A stretch of 64,000 bases of DNA from an uncultured Candidatus Rokubacteria bacterium (GCA_963754315.1 CAVWFS010000019.1:96001-160000); one strand, 5' to 3'; positions 32,196 to 42,791 are shown, counted from the stretch's first letter. Numbers and translations: made by a program. Notes: generated from the letters alone by a model not told the origin.

Positions 32196-33113
32196 ATGAA
32201 GCGCTACGTCTCCCGACAGCTCGTCCAGCTCGTCATCGTGATCGTCGGCATCTCGATCCTCTCCTTTGCCATCCTGCACGTCATCGGCGATCCCGTGCTG
32301 CTCCTGCTTCCGCAGAACGCCGGCAAGGAGGAGTTCGAGCGGTATCGAAAGCTGCTGGGACTGGATCAGCCGCTCTGGGTCCAGTACTGGAAGTTCGCCA
32401 GCAAGGCGGTGCGGGGAGACTTCGGCAAGTCGTGGTACGCCGATACCCCCGCCTTTACGCTCGTCCTCGAACGTATGCCCCCGACCATCTATCTCACTCT
32501 GGCGGGTCTGGCGGTCGCTCTCCTTCTCTCCCTTCCCCTCGGAATCACCGCCGCCCTCAACCGGCACTCATTCATCGACAACCTCTGCACGATGATCGCG
32601 GTCGCGGGCCAGGCGATGCCCCTCTTCTGGCTCGGGATCATGCTCATCATCATTCTGGCCGTCCAGCTGCGCGTCTTGCCCGCCTCTGGCTACGGAACCT
32701 GGCAGCACTTCGTGATGCCCTCCTTCTGTCTGGGGGCGTTTCTGGCCCCGGTGACCATGCGCCTGGTGCGCTCCGGCATCATCGAGGTGATGAGCATGGA
32801 GTACATTAAGACGGCGCGCGCCAAAGGGGTCGGCGAGCAGATCGTGGTGGCCAAGCACGCCTTCCGCAACGCATGTATCCCCGTCATCACGGTGCTCGGC
32901 ATCCAGTTCGGCCAGCTGCTGGGTGGGGCCATCATCACCGAAACTGTGTTCGCCTGGCCAGGGGTGGCCAGCCTCACCGTGGACTCGATCCGGAACCAGG
33001 ATTTTCCGGTGGTGCAGTGCGCGGTGGTCCTGCTGGCCCTCATCATCGTGGTGGTCAATCTCCTAGTCGACCTCATCGTGGGCGTCATCGACCCGCGCAT
33101 CCGGGTTGGCTGA
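32196..33113 (+). CDS. dppB: Peptide ABC permease, DppB-like
   Basis: LGLDQPLWVQY, GDFGKS, YIKTARAKG and ETVFAWPG motifs. Confidence 0.9.
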   Translation: MKRYVSRQLVQLVIVIVGISILSFAILHVIGDPVLLLLPQNAGKEEFERYRKLLGLDQPLWVQYWKFASKAVRGDFGKSWYADTPAFTLVLERMPPTIYLTLAGLAVALLLSLPLGITAALNRHSFIDNLCTMIAVAGQAMPLFWLGIMLIIILAVQLRVLPASGYGTWQHFVMPSFCLGAFLAPVTMRLVRSGIIEVMSMEYIKTARAKGVGEQIVVAKHAFRNACIPVITVLGIQFGQLLGGAIITETVFAWPGVASLTVDSIRNQDFPVVQCAVVLLALIIVVVNLLVDLIVGVIDPRIRVG

Positions 33114-34024
33114 TGAGCTCCACCGAGCTCACCCTGAAGCAGACGCCGTCTAGCACCGCGGCCGACCCGGAGACGGCGCGCGCATCCTGGCGCCGGCTGT
33201 GGCGACTGAAATGGGGACTGGGGGCCGCCCTGGCCATGGGGTTCATCGTCGCGGTCACCATCCTCGCCCCCTGGGTCGCACCCCACGATCCGATCGCCGT
33301 CGACATCCGCCACCGCCTGGCCCCCCCGGCCTGGATGGCCAGGGGCACAGCGGATCACCCGCTCGGGACCGATCAGGTAGGCCGCGATCTCCTGTCGCGC
33401 GTGATCTATGGCGGTCGCGTGTCCCTGGTGGTCGGGGTGGCGGCGGTATTGATCTCCGCCTCCATCGGAGTGCTCCTGGGACTGACTGCCGGGTACTTCG
33501 GGGAATCCACCGACTGGACGATCATGACGCTCGTCAACGTCATGCTGACGTTCCCCTTCGTGCTCCTCGCCCTCGCCGTGATCGCCGTACTCGGACCGAG
33601 CTTGCTCAACATGATCATCGTGCTCGGGGTGGCTGACTGGCCTCTCTACACGCGCGTCATTCGGGCGGAAACCCTCTCGATCCGCGAGCGCGATTTCGTG
33701 GTGGCCGGGCGAGCTCTCGGCATGAGCCACGCTCGGTTGGTGTTTCGACAAATCCTTCCGAATCTCGTGTCGGCCATCGTGGTCATCGCGACCTTGCAAG
33801 TGGCGCGCGTCATCATCCTCGAATCATTTCTGTCGTTCCTGGGCCTCGGTGTCCAGCCTCCTACGCCTGCCTGGGGCAACATGCTCGGGGAGGGCCGCGT
33901 GTACATGCTCAATTCCTGGTGGATCGCGGCCTTTCCAGGGCTGGCCATCTTCGTGACAACCCTCTCCATCAACCTGATGGGCAATGCCCTCCGCGACTGG
34001 CTCGACCCGCACTTGAAGCTCTGA
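33113..34024 (+). CDS. dppC: Peptide ABC permease, DppC-like
   Basis: ATG 33113 overlaps the dppB stop; HPLGTDQVGRDLLSR, ESFLSFLGLG and GNALRDWLDP motifs. Confidence 0.9.
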   Translation: MSSTELTLKQTPSSTAADPETARASWRRLWRLKWGLGAALAMGFIVAVTILAPWVAPHDPIAVDIRHRLAPPAWMARGTADHPLGTDQVGRDLLSRVIYGGRVSLVVGVAAVLISASIGVLLGLTAGYFGESTDWTIMTLVNVMLTFPFVLLALAVIAVLGPSLLNMIIVLGVADWPLYTRVIRAETLSIRERDFVVAGRALGMSHARLVFRQILPNLVSAIVVIATLQVARVIILESFLSFLGLGVQPPTPAWGNMLGEGRVYMLNSWWIAAFPGLAIFVTTLSINLMGNALRDWLDPHLKL

Positions 34025-34171
34025 GGAAGGCGGGGGATCTCGCTGCGGGGCAGGGCGTCGCGGTCGGCGATCGACTTGCGGCAGACATACATCGTCAGCG
34101 ACGCCAGGAGACGAAGACGTGGTGAGAAGCCAGCGCTCGGTGATAGCCTTTACCGTTCCGACCGGTAAGAG

Positions 34172-35944
34172 GTGCACCCGAGACTGCGTTGGACGATGAG
34201 TGGGCTTGCCGCGGCGGTGGCGATCGGCGCTGTTGTGACTCTCTCAACCGAGGTGCTTAGCCTGTCCGGGGGCCTCACTCGTCAAAACGTGACATTGGTC
34301 TGGCTCGCCATCGCCGTCATCGCGGTGGTGCTTCTCTGGCGGCAGCGCACCTGTCTCAGCAGGCCAAGCCTGCCGACCAGACGAATCGACCGCGTGTTGA
34401 TGGGGGGCGTCGCCGTTCTCGTCGCGGTACTCGGTTGCGTCGCGCTCGTCGTGCCGCCCAATACCTGGGACGCCCTCGTCTACCACGTGCCGCGCGTCAT
34501 GCACTGGGCACAACAGGGCAGCGTAGCCCACTACGATACGGCCATTGCCCGACAGCTGTACCAGCCGCCGGGCGCTAGCTTCGTCCTCCTGCATCTCTAT
34601 CTCCTCGCCCAGGGTGATCGGCTCAGCAACCTTGTGCAATGGACCAGTATGATCGGAGCCTTGGCCGGAGTGGCGGTGCTCACCGCTCGCCTCGGGGGGG
34701 GCGGGCGGGCTCAAGTGCTCGCCGTGGTCGTGGCGGCCACCATCCCCATCGGCGTACTGCAGGCAACGACGACGCAGAACGACTACGTCGGGGCATTCTG
34801 GCTCATCTGTCTGGCCGAGTTCGTCGTGGCCCGCCGAGGGCCGGTGCCGGTGGGCGCCGCGCTCGGCCTGGCGCTGCTGACCAAGGGGACCTCCTACGCC
34901 TTCGCGGCTCCGTACGTCGCGTGGTGGGCCGTTGAACGGTCCGTCCGCGAACGATGGCGCGCCGCGCCAGCCATCGCACTGGTCGGGCTCCTGGCGGTCG
35001 GGCTCAACGCCGGCCACTACACCCGCAACCTGAAATGGTTCGGCGCACCCCTTGGGCCAGGAAGCGACGGTCCCTTCGTGTATGCGAACGAGCGCATTGG
35101 CATCCTGCCGACCCTCTCGGTCGCGGCACGCAACGTTGCCTTGCAGATTGCAACACCGTGGCCGCGCGTTAACGCGAGCCTGACGGCCGCGACAACCGTA
35201 CTGCACAAGTGGGCTCGACTCAGCGTCGACGACCCCGCGACCACCTGGTACGGGACGCGCTTTGTGGTCGGGCCGATCCGCCTTCACGAAGACCTCATGC
35301 CTAACGGCGTCCATCTTGTCCTCATGGCGGTGTCGGTTGCCGCCGTTCTCCTCCGGCGCCGACCAGGCCGGTTGGTGATCTACTCCCTGGCTCTCGTCGC
35401 TGCCTTCCTGGCGTTCTCCGCGGTGTTCCGCTGGCAACCCTGGCACACGCGCCTCGAGCTGCCGCTGTTTGTGCTCGGCGCACCCGTCGCCGGTCTCATG
35501 ATGGAGCGCCGGAGAATCATTGGGCAGGTCACGGCCGCTGGCCTGCTCGGGCTGGCGATGCTCGTGCTCATATGGAACGAATCGCGGCCGTTGCTTGGCA
35601 AACGCAGCGTGTTCCGTGCCGATCGAGTTGCTCAGATGTTTGGGATCCGGCGCGACTTGGAGGCGCCCTACCGAGCGGCGGTGGCCAGGCTCACGGAGTT
35701 AGGCTGTCAAAGGTTCATGGTATGGCTTTCGATGGACGCGGCAGAATACCCGTTGTGGGTGTTGACCGGCGCCCCGTGGAGCGGAGTGCGGATCGAGCAT
35801 TTCAAGGTGACGCCTCCCAGTGCCCCGTGCGCCGTGTTCACCGCGTCCGACTCTGATGCCCCGGCGAGCTTGGCCATCGCCGGGGTGAACTACCGACGCG
35901 AAGTGTGGATACCCCCGGCTGTGCTCTACGTGTCAGGGCCTTGA
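34172..35944 (+). CDS. GT-C (ArnT/PMT-like) membrane glycosyltransferase
   Basis: Multiple TMs; PPNTWDALVYHVPR, ATTTQND and LALLTKGT motifs. Confidence 0.7.
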   Translation: MHPRLRWTMSGLAAAVAIGAVVTLSTEVLSLSGGLTRQNVTLVWLAIAVIAVVLLWRQRTCLSRPSLPTRRIDRVLMGGVAVLVAVLGCVALVVPPNTWDALVYHVPRVMHWAQQGSVAHYDTAIARQLYQPPGASFVLLHLYLLAQGDRLSNLVQWTSMIGALAGVAVLTARLGGGGRAQVLAVVVAATIPIGVLQATTTQNDYVGAFWLICLAEFVVARRGPVPVGAALGLALLTKGTSYAFAAPYVAWWAVERSVRERWRAAPAIALVGLLAVGLNAGHYTRNLKWFGAPLGPGSDGPFVYANERIGILPTLSVAARNVALQIATPWPRVNASLTAATTVLHKWARLSVDDPATTWYGTRFVVGPIRLHEDLMPNGVHLVLMAVSVAAVLLRRRPGRLVIYSLALVAAFLAFSAVFRWQPWHTRLELPLFVLGAPVAGLMMERRRIIGQVTAAGLLGLAMLVLIWNESRPLLGKRSVFRADRVAQMFGIRRDLEAPYRAAVARLTELGCQRFMVWLSMDAAEYPLWVLTGAPWSGVRIEHFKVTPPSAPCAVFTASDSDAPASLAIAGVNYRREVWIPPAVLYVSGP

Positions 35945-36025
35945 AGTGATTCGCCATCGACACCACTGGCCATGATCAACGTCTATGGATCGCGGTCTTT
36001 CTAGCTGGTCCGCTCCGTGGCGACG

Positions 36026-37984
36026 TCATTTGGATTGAAGTCCGACGGTAACCTGAAAGCGGAGTCGATCCCGTGGATCGCGGCTGATCCATTCCGCCTG
36101 GCCCCTCGTCACCGATACCAGACCAACCTCGAGAAGGTACATCCCCCTCTCCGATGGGGAGGAGAGGGTGAGCGGGAACTCGTATGACCTGCGCGGGAAC
36201 ACGTCGTGGTTAAGGTGGACCACGCTTGGCGAAGGCGTTGGCGGGGACCATCCCACCCAGCGCCAGCCGAGCATGATCTGCCCTCGGCGGGCACTCGAAA
36301 TCCAGATTGCCTCCCCCTTGTTGGTCACGCGAAGGGTCAGCGCGATTTCCGCGCCGGGGTCAGTGACGGTGGGTGGCATCTGCGTGACCTCGTAGGACGG
36401 CATGACGCGGGCGGGGTCGGACCCACTCGTTGGCCAGAGGTGGAGAGCGGCGGCGACACGCGCGGAGAGATCGGTCACGGTGTTGGCGAGAGGATTATCT
36501 GTCCAAGACCAAAGTCGGTCCGGATAGCGGTTGACATCTGGGAACCAGTTCCACCGACCGTCCTGCCAGAATGCACCTGCTGCGTGCGCAAAGATCGACC
36601 ACGCAACGAGCAGACCGAGCAGGGCACGAGGCCAGGGACGAACGAACCACCGCTGGAGAGGACAGAGCAGCAGCGCAAGGATGGGCGATAGGTCGGCAAG
36701 CATCCGAGGTCCGTAGCTGTATCCGCCCCACCACATGATCCATCGGCTGTAGAGCGCGATGTTGAGAATCGCTCCCAGGCTCATTGCCCGCAGAAGAGCG
36801 TCTCCTCCTCGGCGCCATGCCTGAGCTGCGCCCAGAAGGGATAGAAGGAAGACTGGCGAATACACGAAGAGACCTCGAGCCGGGCTGAGCAGAGTACCGG
36901 CCAGCCCGGCCAGAAGAGGTGTACTCCAATGGCCAGGGTCGGCCGGAGAGAACTGAGTGCGGAAGGGATCACCGAAGTAGGCCCAGGTGTACCAGAAATG
37001 GAATGCGATCGGCGGTAGACCGCTCGCGATGACGCCTGGAAACGAGCGCGGGTGATAGATCAGCGCGTAGAGGCCCAAGGGGAGGGCGAAGAGGACATCT
37101 GTGGGCCGGCAGATGACCGAAAACGCCATCGGGAGCCCCGCCAGCGCGACCCAGCCGGGTTCATGGCGCCCACGTGCGAGGCAGTAGAGTGAGGCCGTGA
37201 TGGCGAGCTGGCTGGGGCCATGCTGCCACAATCCCTGGCTGCTGGTGCTGAGGCTGCTGCTTCCGAGTGCGTACACGGCCGCCACCACAATCGCCCAGCT
37301 CCGGGAGCTCAGTCGGCAGGCGACGAGAAAGACGAGCGCCACTGACACGGCTACGATGAGGGCGGCCGCGAGCTTCTCGATCTGGGCCACGAAACCACTC
37401 GTCGCGGTCACGTGGCCCAGAGCGGAAGGGACATAGACTGGGATGGCCAACAGGGGAGCACCCACCGGATAGTTCGAGACGTAGTGGCCACGCACGTAAC
37501 TCAGAAAATAGGAAATTCCTTCCGCGTGCAGGAAATCGAACTCGTCGAGGTCGAAGTTACCCTCCCGCAGGAGACTCAGGGGAAGGTAGCGGGCCGGGAG
37601 CGTGTCTCCGATTGTTTGGATTGAACCATTGGCGAGGTACACGATCAGGGAGCATGCCAAGAGAGCAACGCCCTCGTGGCCGGCAAAGACATCGAAACGG
37701 AGGCGGCGATGGCGAAGCGGGTACGCAGCCAGGATGAGAACCATGAGCGCGATCACAGGAGGGACGAGCTTAGATCCTTGGATCGAGATGCCCAGTATCC
37801 GGTACCGGGAGCCACCCCAGAAGAGGATCAGGAGGATGTGAAGGGATAGCACGGTGATGAGTCCACGGTGGAGCCAGACCAAAACGTCCCAGAGAAGGTC
37901 CTGAGTGTGCGTGGAGCGCTCTCCTGCTCTGCATCTCTGTCCCGATCGGCCGAGCATGCCCCCGACAATAGGAAGTCGCCTCAT
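36026..37984 (-). CDS. GT-C-like membrane protein with C-terminal Ig-like domain
   Basis: GDTLPARYLP, SQGLWQHG, LLSPARGLFVYSP and WWGGYSYGPR motifs; C-terminal LRVTNKGEAIW...GMYLLEVGLV. The ORF extension to 38737 is antisense to the GT2 and was rejected. Confidence 0.7.
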   Translation of the reverse strand: MRRLPIVGGMLGRSGQRCRAGERSTHTQDLLWDVLVWLHRGLITVLSLHILLILFWGGSRYRILGISIQGSKLVPPVIALMVLILAAYPLRHRRLRFDVFAGHEGVALLACSLIVYLANGSIQTIGDTLPARYLPLSLLREGNFDLDEFDFLHAEGISYFLSYVRGHYVSNYPVGAPLLAIPVYVPSALGHVTATSGFVAQIEKLAAALIVAVSVALVFLVACRLSSRSWAIVVAAVYALGSSSLSTSSQGLWQHGPSQLAITASLYCLARGRHEPGWVALAGLPMAFSVICRPTDVLFALPLGLYALIYHPRSFPGVIASGLPPIAFHFWYTWAYFGDPFRTQFSPADPGHWSTPLLAGLAGTLLSPARGLFVYSPVFLLSLLGAAQAWRRGGDALLRAMSLGAILNIALYSRWIMWWGGYSYGPRMLADLSPILALLLCPLQRWFVRPWPRALLGLLVAWSIFAHAAGAFWQDGRWNWFPDVNRYPDRLWSWTDNPLANTVTDLSARVAAALHLWPTSGSDPARVMPSYEVTQMPPTVTDPGAEIALTLRVTNKGEAIWISSARRGQIMLGWRWVGWSPPTPSPSVVHLNHDVFPRRSYEFPLTLSSPSERGMYLLEVGLVSVTRGQAEWISRDPRDRLRFQVTVGLQSK

Positions 37985-38059
37985 CCGATGCAACCTCAAC
38001 GGCAATGTTGGTGATCGCGGGGCTCGACACGACAACCACCTCGTGGTTGTATATTGTCG

Positions 38060-38764
38060 ATGATCGACCCTCGCGTCTCCATTGTCATTCCCGCTTACAA
38101 CGAGGCCTCGACCATCGGCGAGATCATCGTGCGCGTGCGGGCCGCTCCTCTCCCCTTCCCCCGTGAGATCGTCGTGGTCGACGACGCCTCTCACGACCAG
38201 ACGCCGAGCATTGTCGAGAAGCTGATCGCAGAGGGCGGTAACGACCTTCGCCTCGTTCGTCACCCGATCAACCGCGGGAAGGGAGCGGCCTTGCGCACCG
38301 GGCTCGGTGAAGCGCACGGGGACATCATCATCGTTCAGGATGCGGATCTCGAGTATGACCCCCGCGACTATCCCGCCTTGCTGGAACCGATCCTGGACGG
38401 AGATGCCGACGTGGTCTTCGGCAATCGCTTCCATGGTGGCCCCCACCGAGTCCTCTACTTCTGGCACTATCTCGCCAACAAAGGCCTTACCTTCATGACC
38501 AACGTGTTGACGGGTCTGAATCTCTCCGACATCGAGGTCGGCTACAAGGTCCTGCGGGCCGACGTGGTCCGCCGTCTTTCCCTCACCGCCGAACGGTTCG
38601 GCATCGAACCCGAGCTCACCATCAAGGTGGCCCGGCTGGGCGTGCGGGTCTACGAAGTTCCCATCCGCTATCACGGCCGCACCTACATCGAAGGAAAGAA
38701 GATCACCTGGCGGGACGGCGTGGCCGCCGTGTATCACATCATCCGCTACCGATTCTTCCCGTGA
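38060..38764 (+). CDS. GT2 polyprenol-phosphate sugar synthase (DPM1-like)
   Basis: SIVIPAYNE, VVDDAS.D, NRGKGAA, QDADLEYDP and EVPIRYHGR..EGKKI motifs. Confidence 0.9.
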   Translation: MIDPRVSIVIPAYNEASTIGEIIVRVRAAPLPFPREIVVVDDASHDQTPSIVEKLIAEGGNDLRLVRHPINRGKGAALRTGLGEAHGDIIIVQDADLEYDPRDYPALLEPILDGDADVVFGNRFHGGPHRVLYFWHYLANKGLTFMTNVLTGLNLSDIEVGYKVLRADVVRRLSLTAERFGIEPELTIKVARLGVRVYEVPIRYHGRTYIEGKKITWRDGVAAVYHIIRYRFFP

Positions 38765-38837
38765 GCAGGCGGCCGTTTGCAGTGAGACTCTCCTGCATTT
38801 ACACTAACCGTCGCTCTCGTCAGCATCAGGAGGTCGC

Positions 38838-40310
38838 GTGCGCATTTTCCTGGCCATGGTCTCTCACGAGACCAACACGTTCAGCACCATCCCCACGGAT
38901 CGCGGGCAATTCGAGGCCCGTGATCTTCGTTACGGTGGCGAGATTCTGGAGGCCTACCGGGGCACCGGTACCTGTCTGGGAGGGATGATCGCGGTGGCCG
39001 AGCAGCGTGGGTTCACTCTCCTGCCGTCGGTCGCGGCATCCGCCTCGCCGGCCGGCCGGGTGACCCAGGATATCTACCAGGCAGTAAAGGACCGGGTTCT
39101 GGCCGACCTGAGGGCGGCCGGCCCCCTCGACGGGGTCCTGCTCGATCTGCACGGGGCCATGGTGCCCGAAGACCTGGATGACGGTGAGGGCGATCTGCTG
39201 GCCGCTGTGCGTCGCACGGCCGGGCCGGCCTTGCCGGTGGCGGTAACCCTTGACTTCCACGCCAATGTCACCGCGGCCATGGTCCGTCACGCGACTCTCC
39301 TGCACGGTTACAAGACGTATCCGCACGTAGACATGGCGGAGCGGGGCCGAGAGGCGGCTGAGCGGCTCCTCGACGTGATTCATGGGCGCCTGCGGCCAGC
39401 AGTGGCCCTGCGCCAGCCGCCTCTACTGCCTCCGATCGCGGGCCAGCTCACGACACGGGGTCCCATGCGGCGTCTCTCGGACATGGCCGCCGAACTCGAG
39501 CAGCGTCCGGGGGTCGTTTCGATCTCCGTCTTCGCCGGGTTTCCCCTCGCAGACATTTACGACGCGGGTCTCAGCGTCTACGTGGTCGCCGACGGAAACC
39601 AGAGCCTGGCCGACGAGTGCGCGGACCAGCTGGTCGCCGCGGCCTGGGAGCTTCGACGCGAGTTCATTCACCACGCATCGCCGGTGCCGGAGGCGGTAGC
39701 TGCCGCCCTCGCACAGTCCAGCCACGGCCGCCCGGTCGTCCTGGCCGACATTGCCGATAACACGGGTGGGGGCGCGGCCGGCGATACAACGGAAGTTCTT
39801 CGTGAGCTCTTACGGGTGGGGGCGCGCGGCACCACCGTCGCCTGTCTGTGGGACCCGGGTAGTGTACAGGCCTGCCTGCAGGCGGGAGTGGGAGCGACCA
39901 TCACCGTGTCGATAGGCGGCAAGATCGATCCGAGTCATGGTGCTCCCCTGAAGGTGACCGGCCGAGTGCGTACCCTGTCGGATGGGCGTTTCATCCACCA
40001 GGGCCCGATGCTTCGGGGCGTGGAGGGCCGGCTGGGGCCCACCGCCGTCCTCGACGTCGAAGACGTGAAGATCATCCTGATCTCACGGCGCTGGCAAACG
40101 CTCGACCCCGAGATGATACGCTTCGTGGGTATCGATCCCGTGCGCGAGCGCATCCTTGCCGTGAAATCAACGATTCACTATCGGGCCGCGTTCGAGCCCC
40201 TCGCCCATGCCATCATCGAGGTCGACGCGCCAGGACTGTCGTCCTCCAACCTGACGCGCTTCCAGTTCAAGAACGTCCGACGCCCGATCTTCCCTCTCGA
40301 CGAGATGTGA
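38838..40310 (+). CDS. M81 metallopeptidase (MlrC family)
   Basis: SHETNTFS, LDLHGAM, LDFHAN, YKTYPHVD and DNTGGG motifs. Confidence 0.9.
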   Translation: MRIFLAMVSHETNTFSTIPTDRGQFEARDLRYGGEILEAYRGTGTCLGGMIAVAEQRGFTLLPSVAASASPAGRVTQDIYQAVKDRVLADLRAAGPLDGVLLDLHGAMVPEDLDDGEGDLLAAVRRTAGPALPVAVTLDFHANVTAAMVRHATLLHGYKTYPHVDMAERGREAAERLLDVIHGRLRPAVALRQPPLLPPIAGQLTTRGPMRRLSDMAAELEQRPGVVSISVFAGFPLADIYDAGLSVYVVADGNQSLADECADQLVAAAWELRREFIHHASPVPEAVAAALAQSSHGRPVVLADIADNTGGGAAGDTTEVLRELLRVGARGTTVACLWDPGSVQACLQAGVGATITVSIGGKIDPSHGAPLKVTGRVRTLSDGRFIHQGPMLRGVEGRLGPTAVLDVEDVKIILISRRWQTLDPEMIRFVGIDPVRERILAVKSTIHYRAAFEPLAHAIIEVDAPGLSSSNLTRFQFKNVRRPIFPLDEM

Positions 40311-40337
40311 GGACCCTGGCCGCCTAGGAGACGACGT

Positions 40338-40967
40338 ATGCCGTCCACAGCCTTCGGCGCCACCGACTTCAAGGTGTTTGACGTGGCAGGTTTCAACTCT
40401 CGCATGAGCGAGATCCGTTCGCGGATCCGCCCCAAGCTCGAGATCCTGGGTCAGCGACTCTTGCCGGAAGTGAGCCGGGCCATCGGGGCCGAGGCATTCC
40501 CGCACGTCGCCAGGCACGCGCGGCGCACGGTGAATCCACCGGACGACACCTGGGTGGCCTTCGCCCCGGACAAGCGAGGGTACAAGAAGCACTGCCACTT
40601 CAAGGTGGCTATTTCCCGCAACGCCATGCGGTTTCTCTTCGAGGTCGGCCCTGAGCACGCCGACAAGAAGCGGTGGGTGGCCGCATGGAAGAAGAACGCC
40701 CCCAGGCTTGGCCCAGTGCTCAAGCGCATGAACGGCATGGCGGTCTTTACGAATGAGCACGACGAGAAGCCGGCCGCCTTGCTGGCCGATCTGTCGGTGG
40801 ATGAGTTGGGAGCCCTCGGCGAAGAGGTCCTGCGCACGCGCGACGGTCAATTCGTGTTGGGACGGATGGTACCCGCCGCGGAGGCGGGCCGGTGGACGGA
40901 GGCTCAGTACCGCGTGGCGGCTCTGGAGACGCTTCGCGCACTGTCCCCGCTCTATCGGCTCCATTGA
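40338..40967 (+). CDS. DUF1054/YktB family protein
   Basis: FPHVARHARRTVNPPDDTWVAF...KRGYKKHCHF. Confidence 0.85.
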   Translation: MPSTAFGATDFKVFDVAGFNSRMSEIRSRIRPKLEILGQRLLPEVSRAIGAEAFPHVARHARRTVNPPDDTWVAFAPDKRGYKKHCHFKVAISRNAMRFLFEVGPEHADKKRWVAAWKKNAPRLGPVLKRMNGMAVFTNEHDEKPAALLADLSVDELGALGEEVLRTRDGQFVLGRMVPAAEAGRWTEAQYRVAALETLRALSPLYRLH

Positions 40968-40979
40968 GCGGCCCTCAGC

Positions 40980-41594
40980 ATGGCCATGGCCCGCGTGAGC
41001 TCGCCCGACTTCTGGCAAGAGCTCTACGAGCGGGGAGGAGACGGCTGGGAGCTCGGTGGGCCCGCGCCGCCTCTGGTGAACTTCATCGAAACCACACCGC
41101 CTCCACGCGGACGGGTGGCCGTTCTCGGCTGTGGCCGCGGTCACGACGCCCGCTACCTGGCGCGCCACGGGTACGAGACCGTGGGCTTCGACTTCTCGAC
41201 GGCGGCCCTCGACCAAGCGCGTGCCTTGGCCGAGCGGGAGGGGGTCGCGGTCACGTTCTCCCAGCGCGACATCCTGGCCCTCGGCCGCGAGCGTGGCGTC
41301 GCGTTCGATGGTGTGTGGGAGTACACCTGCTTCTGCGCGATCGACCCACGGCGCCGGCCCGAGTATGTCGCGACGCTCAAGACGATCCTGAAGCCCGGAG
41401 GCTGGTTGCTCGCGTGTTTCTATCCGATCCGGCGGGGTGGAGCAGGCCCGCCGTTCCCCGTGGCCAGGGGCGAAGTACGGCAGCTTCTTCGCTCGTCTTT
41501 CCGAATCGAGCGCGCGTTTACACCGTCGCGCTCCGTACCGCGTCGGCAGGGACAGGAGTGGATGATGATGGCCCGAAGGATCGGAGGACCATGA
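40980..41594 (+). CDS. TPMT/thiol-halide methyltransferase-like SAM methyltransferase
   Basis: FWQELY...GWELG, VAVLGCGRGHDA, EYTCFCAIDP and GPPFPV motifs. Confidence 0.85.
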   Translation: MAMARVSSPDFWQELYERGGDGWELGGPAPPLVNFIETTPPPRGRVAVLGCGRGHDARYLARHGYETVGFDFSTAALDQARALAEREGVAVTFSQRDILALGRERGVAFDGVWEYTCFCAIDPRRRPEYVATLKTILKPGGWLLACFYPIRRGGAGPPFPVARGEVRQLLRSSFRIERAFTPSRSVPRRQGQEWMMMARRIGGP

Positions 41595-42484
41595 GCACGA
41601 CACCCCCGGTGCCCAGGGTCGCCCAGGATCTGGCAGCGCAGGTGGAGCGTGACGGCGGCCGTGCCCTCGCCATCTATCAGGAGCCCGTTGGCGATCACTG
41701 GCAGATCTTCTGTCTGCTGCCTATGACCAAGGTGGAACCGAGTCCCTACCAGCGCGACCTTTCCCCGACGCACGTGAAGCGGCTGACCGAAGCCATCAAG
41801 AAACTCGATCGCTTCATCGATCCCGTGGTCGTCGTCTCGCCCCGCGTGGGGACGTACTGGACTCCTAACGGCAACCACCGCCGGACGTCGCTCCAAAAGC
41901 TCAAGGCTGCGTTCGTTCCGGCCATCCTGGTGGTGGAGCCGGAGGTCGGCTATCAGATCCTTCCCCTCAACACAGAGAAAGCCCACAACCTCAAGGAAAA
42001 GTCGCTGGAGGTTATCCGGATGTACCGCTCCCTCGCCGCCGACCATCCTACGTCGACCGAAGAGGCGTGGGCCTTCCAGTTCGAGTCGGCCCACTTCATC
42101 ACGCTCGGCCTTCTCTACGAGGCGAATCGACGCTTCGCGGGAGGCGCCTTCGCCCCGATTCTCCGCCGTGTCGACGCCTTTCGGAAATCCACCCTACGCG
42201 ATGGACTCGGGGCACGAGAAGAGCGGGCGGAACTGGTGCGGGCGGCCGACGAGGCGCTGACGGCTATGGTGGCCAAGGTCAAGAAGCGCGGGATCAACCA
42301 TCCCTACGTGAAGAACTACCTCCTGGCTCGGACCACCCCGTTGACGCGCGCCCGCAAGACGCTTCCCTCCTTCGAGCAGACCTTCAAAAAGCTGCGCGAG
42401 AACCTGGACGGGTTTGACATCACCAAGGTCCGGTACGACGAGATCCAGCGCGTCGCCATCATGGCCGCCCCCGCCGCCGAGTAG
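41591..42484 (+). CDS. ParB/Srx N-terminal domain protein (stand-alone)
   Basis: ATG 41591 after GGAGG; PSPYQRDLS..HVKRL and WTPNGNHRR motifs. Confidence 0.75.
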   Translation: MSTTPPVPRVAQDLAAQVERDGGRALAIYQEPVGDHWQIFCLLPMTKVEPSPYQRDLSPTHVKRLTEAIKKLDRFIDPVVVVSPRVGTYWTPNGNHRRTSLQKLKAAFVPAILVVEPEVGYQILPLNTEKAHNLKEKSLEVIRMYRSLAADHPTSTEEAWAFQFESAHFITLGLLYEANRRFAGGAFAPILRRVDAFRKSTLRDGLGAREERAELVRAADEALTAMVAKVKKRGINHPYVKNYLLARTTPLTRARKTLPSFEQTFKKLRENLDGFDITKVRYDEIQRVAIMAAPAAE

Positions 42485-42791
42485 CATGCCCGCCGGCCCG
42501 GACGGTTCGAGCAACAAATCGCCCCTCATGTCGCCGTCGGGTCAGGAGCAGCGCCCCTCACTGGGTGGACTGGCGGTAAACGAGCCGACCTGGCGGCGCG
42601 TCTAATCGGATGAGGTGAGGCAGCGCAGAGGCCCTATCATGGTGGAAAGGTTGACGGAAGCATTCCAGAGTAGGAGCAGCCGGCAGCGGAACACCTGATC
42701 TGGGTGAGACCGCGGGCTTGGGGTCGGGACGTGCATCTTGCAGCACATCAATGCCGTCTGGGACGATGGATGTCCAAGGGACGCCTCGCGG

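Noticed and set aside
30480..32567. 695-aa minus-strand ORF and many similar long antisense ORFs
   Set aside because: Shadow ORFs expected from high-GC codon bias opposite real genes; no recognisable motifs.
37985..38737. N-terminal 250 aa of the 903-aa minus-strand ORF
   Set aside because: It is the antisense shadow of the well-supported GT2 gene; the real membrane protein starts near 37984 or 37957.
42732..42759. ECF autoregulatory promoter TGCATC-N17-CGTC
   Set aside because: Plausible but a single instance with no second copy to support it.
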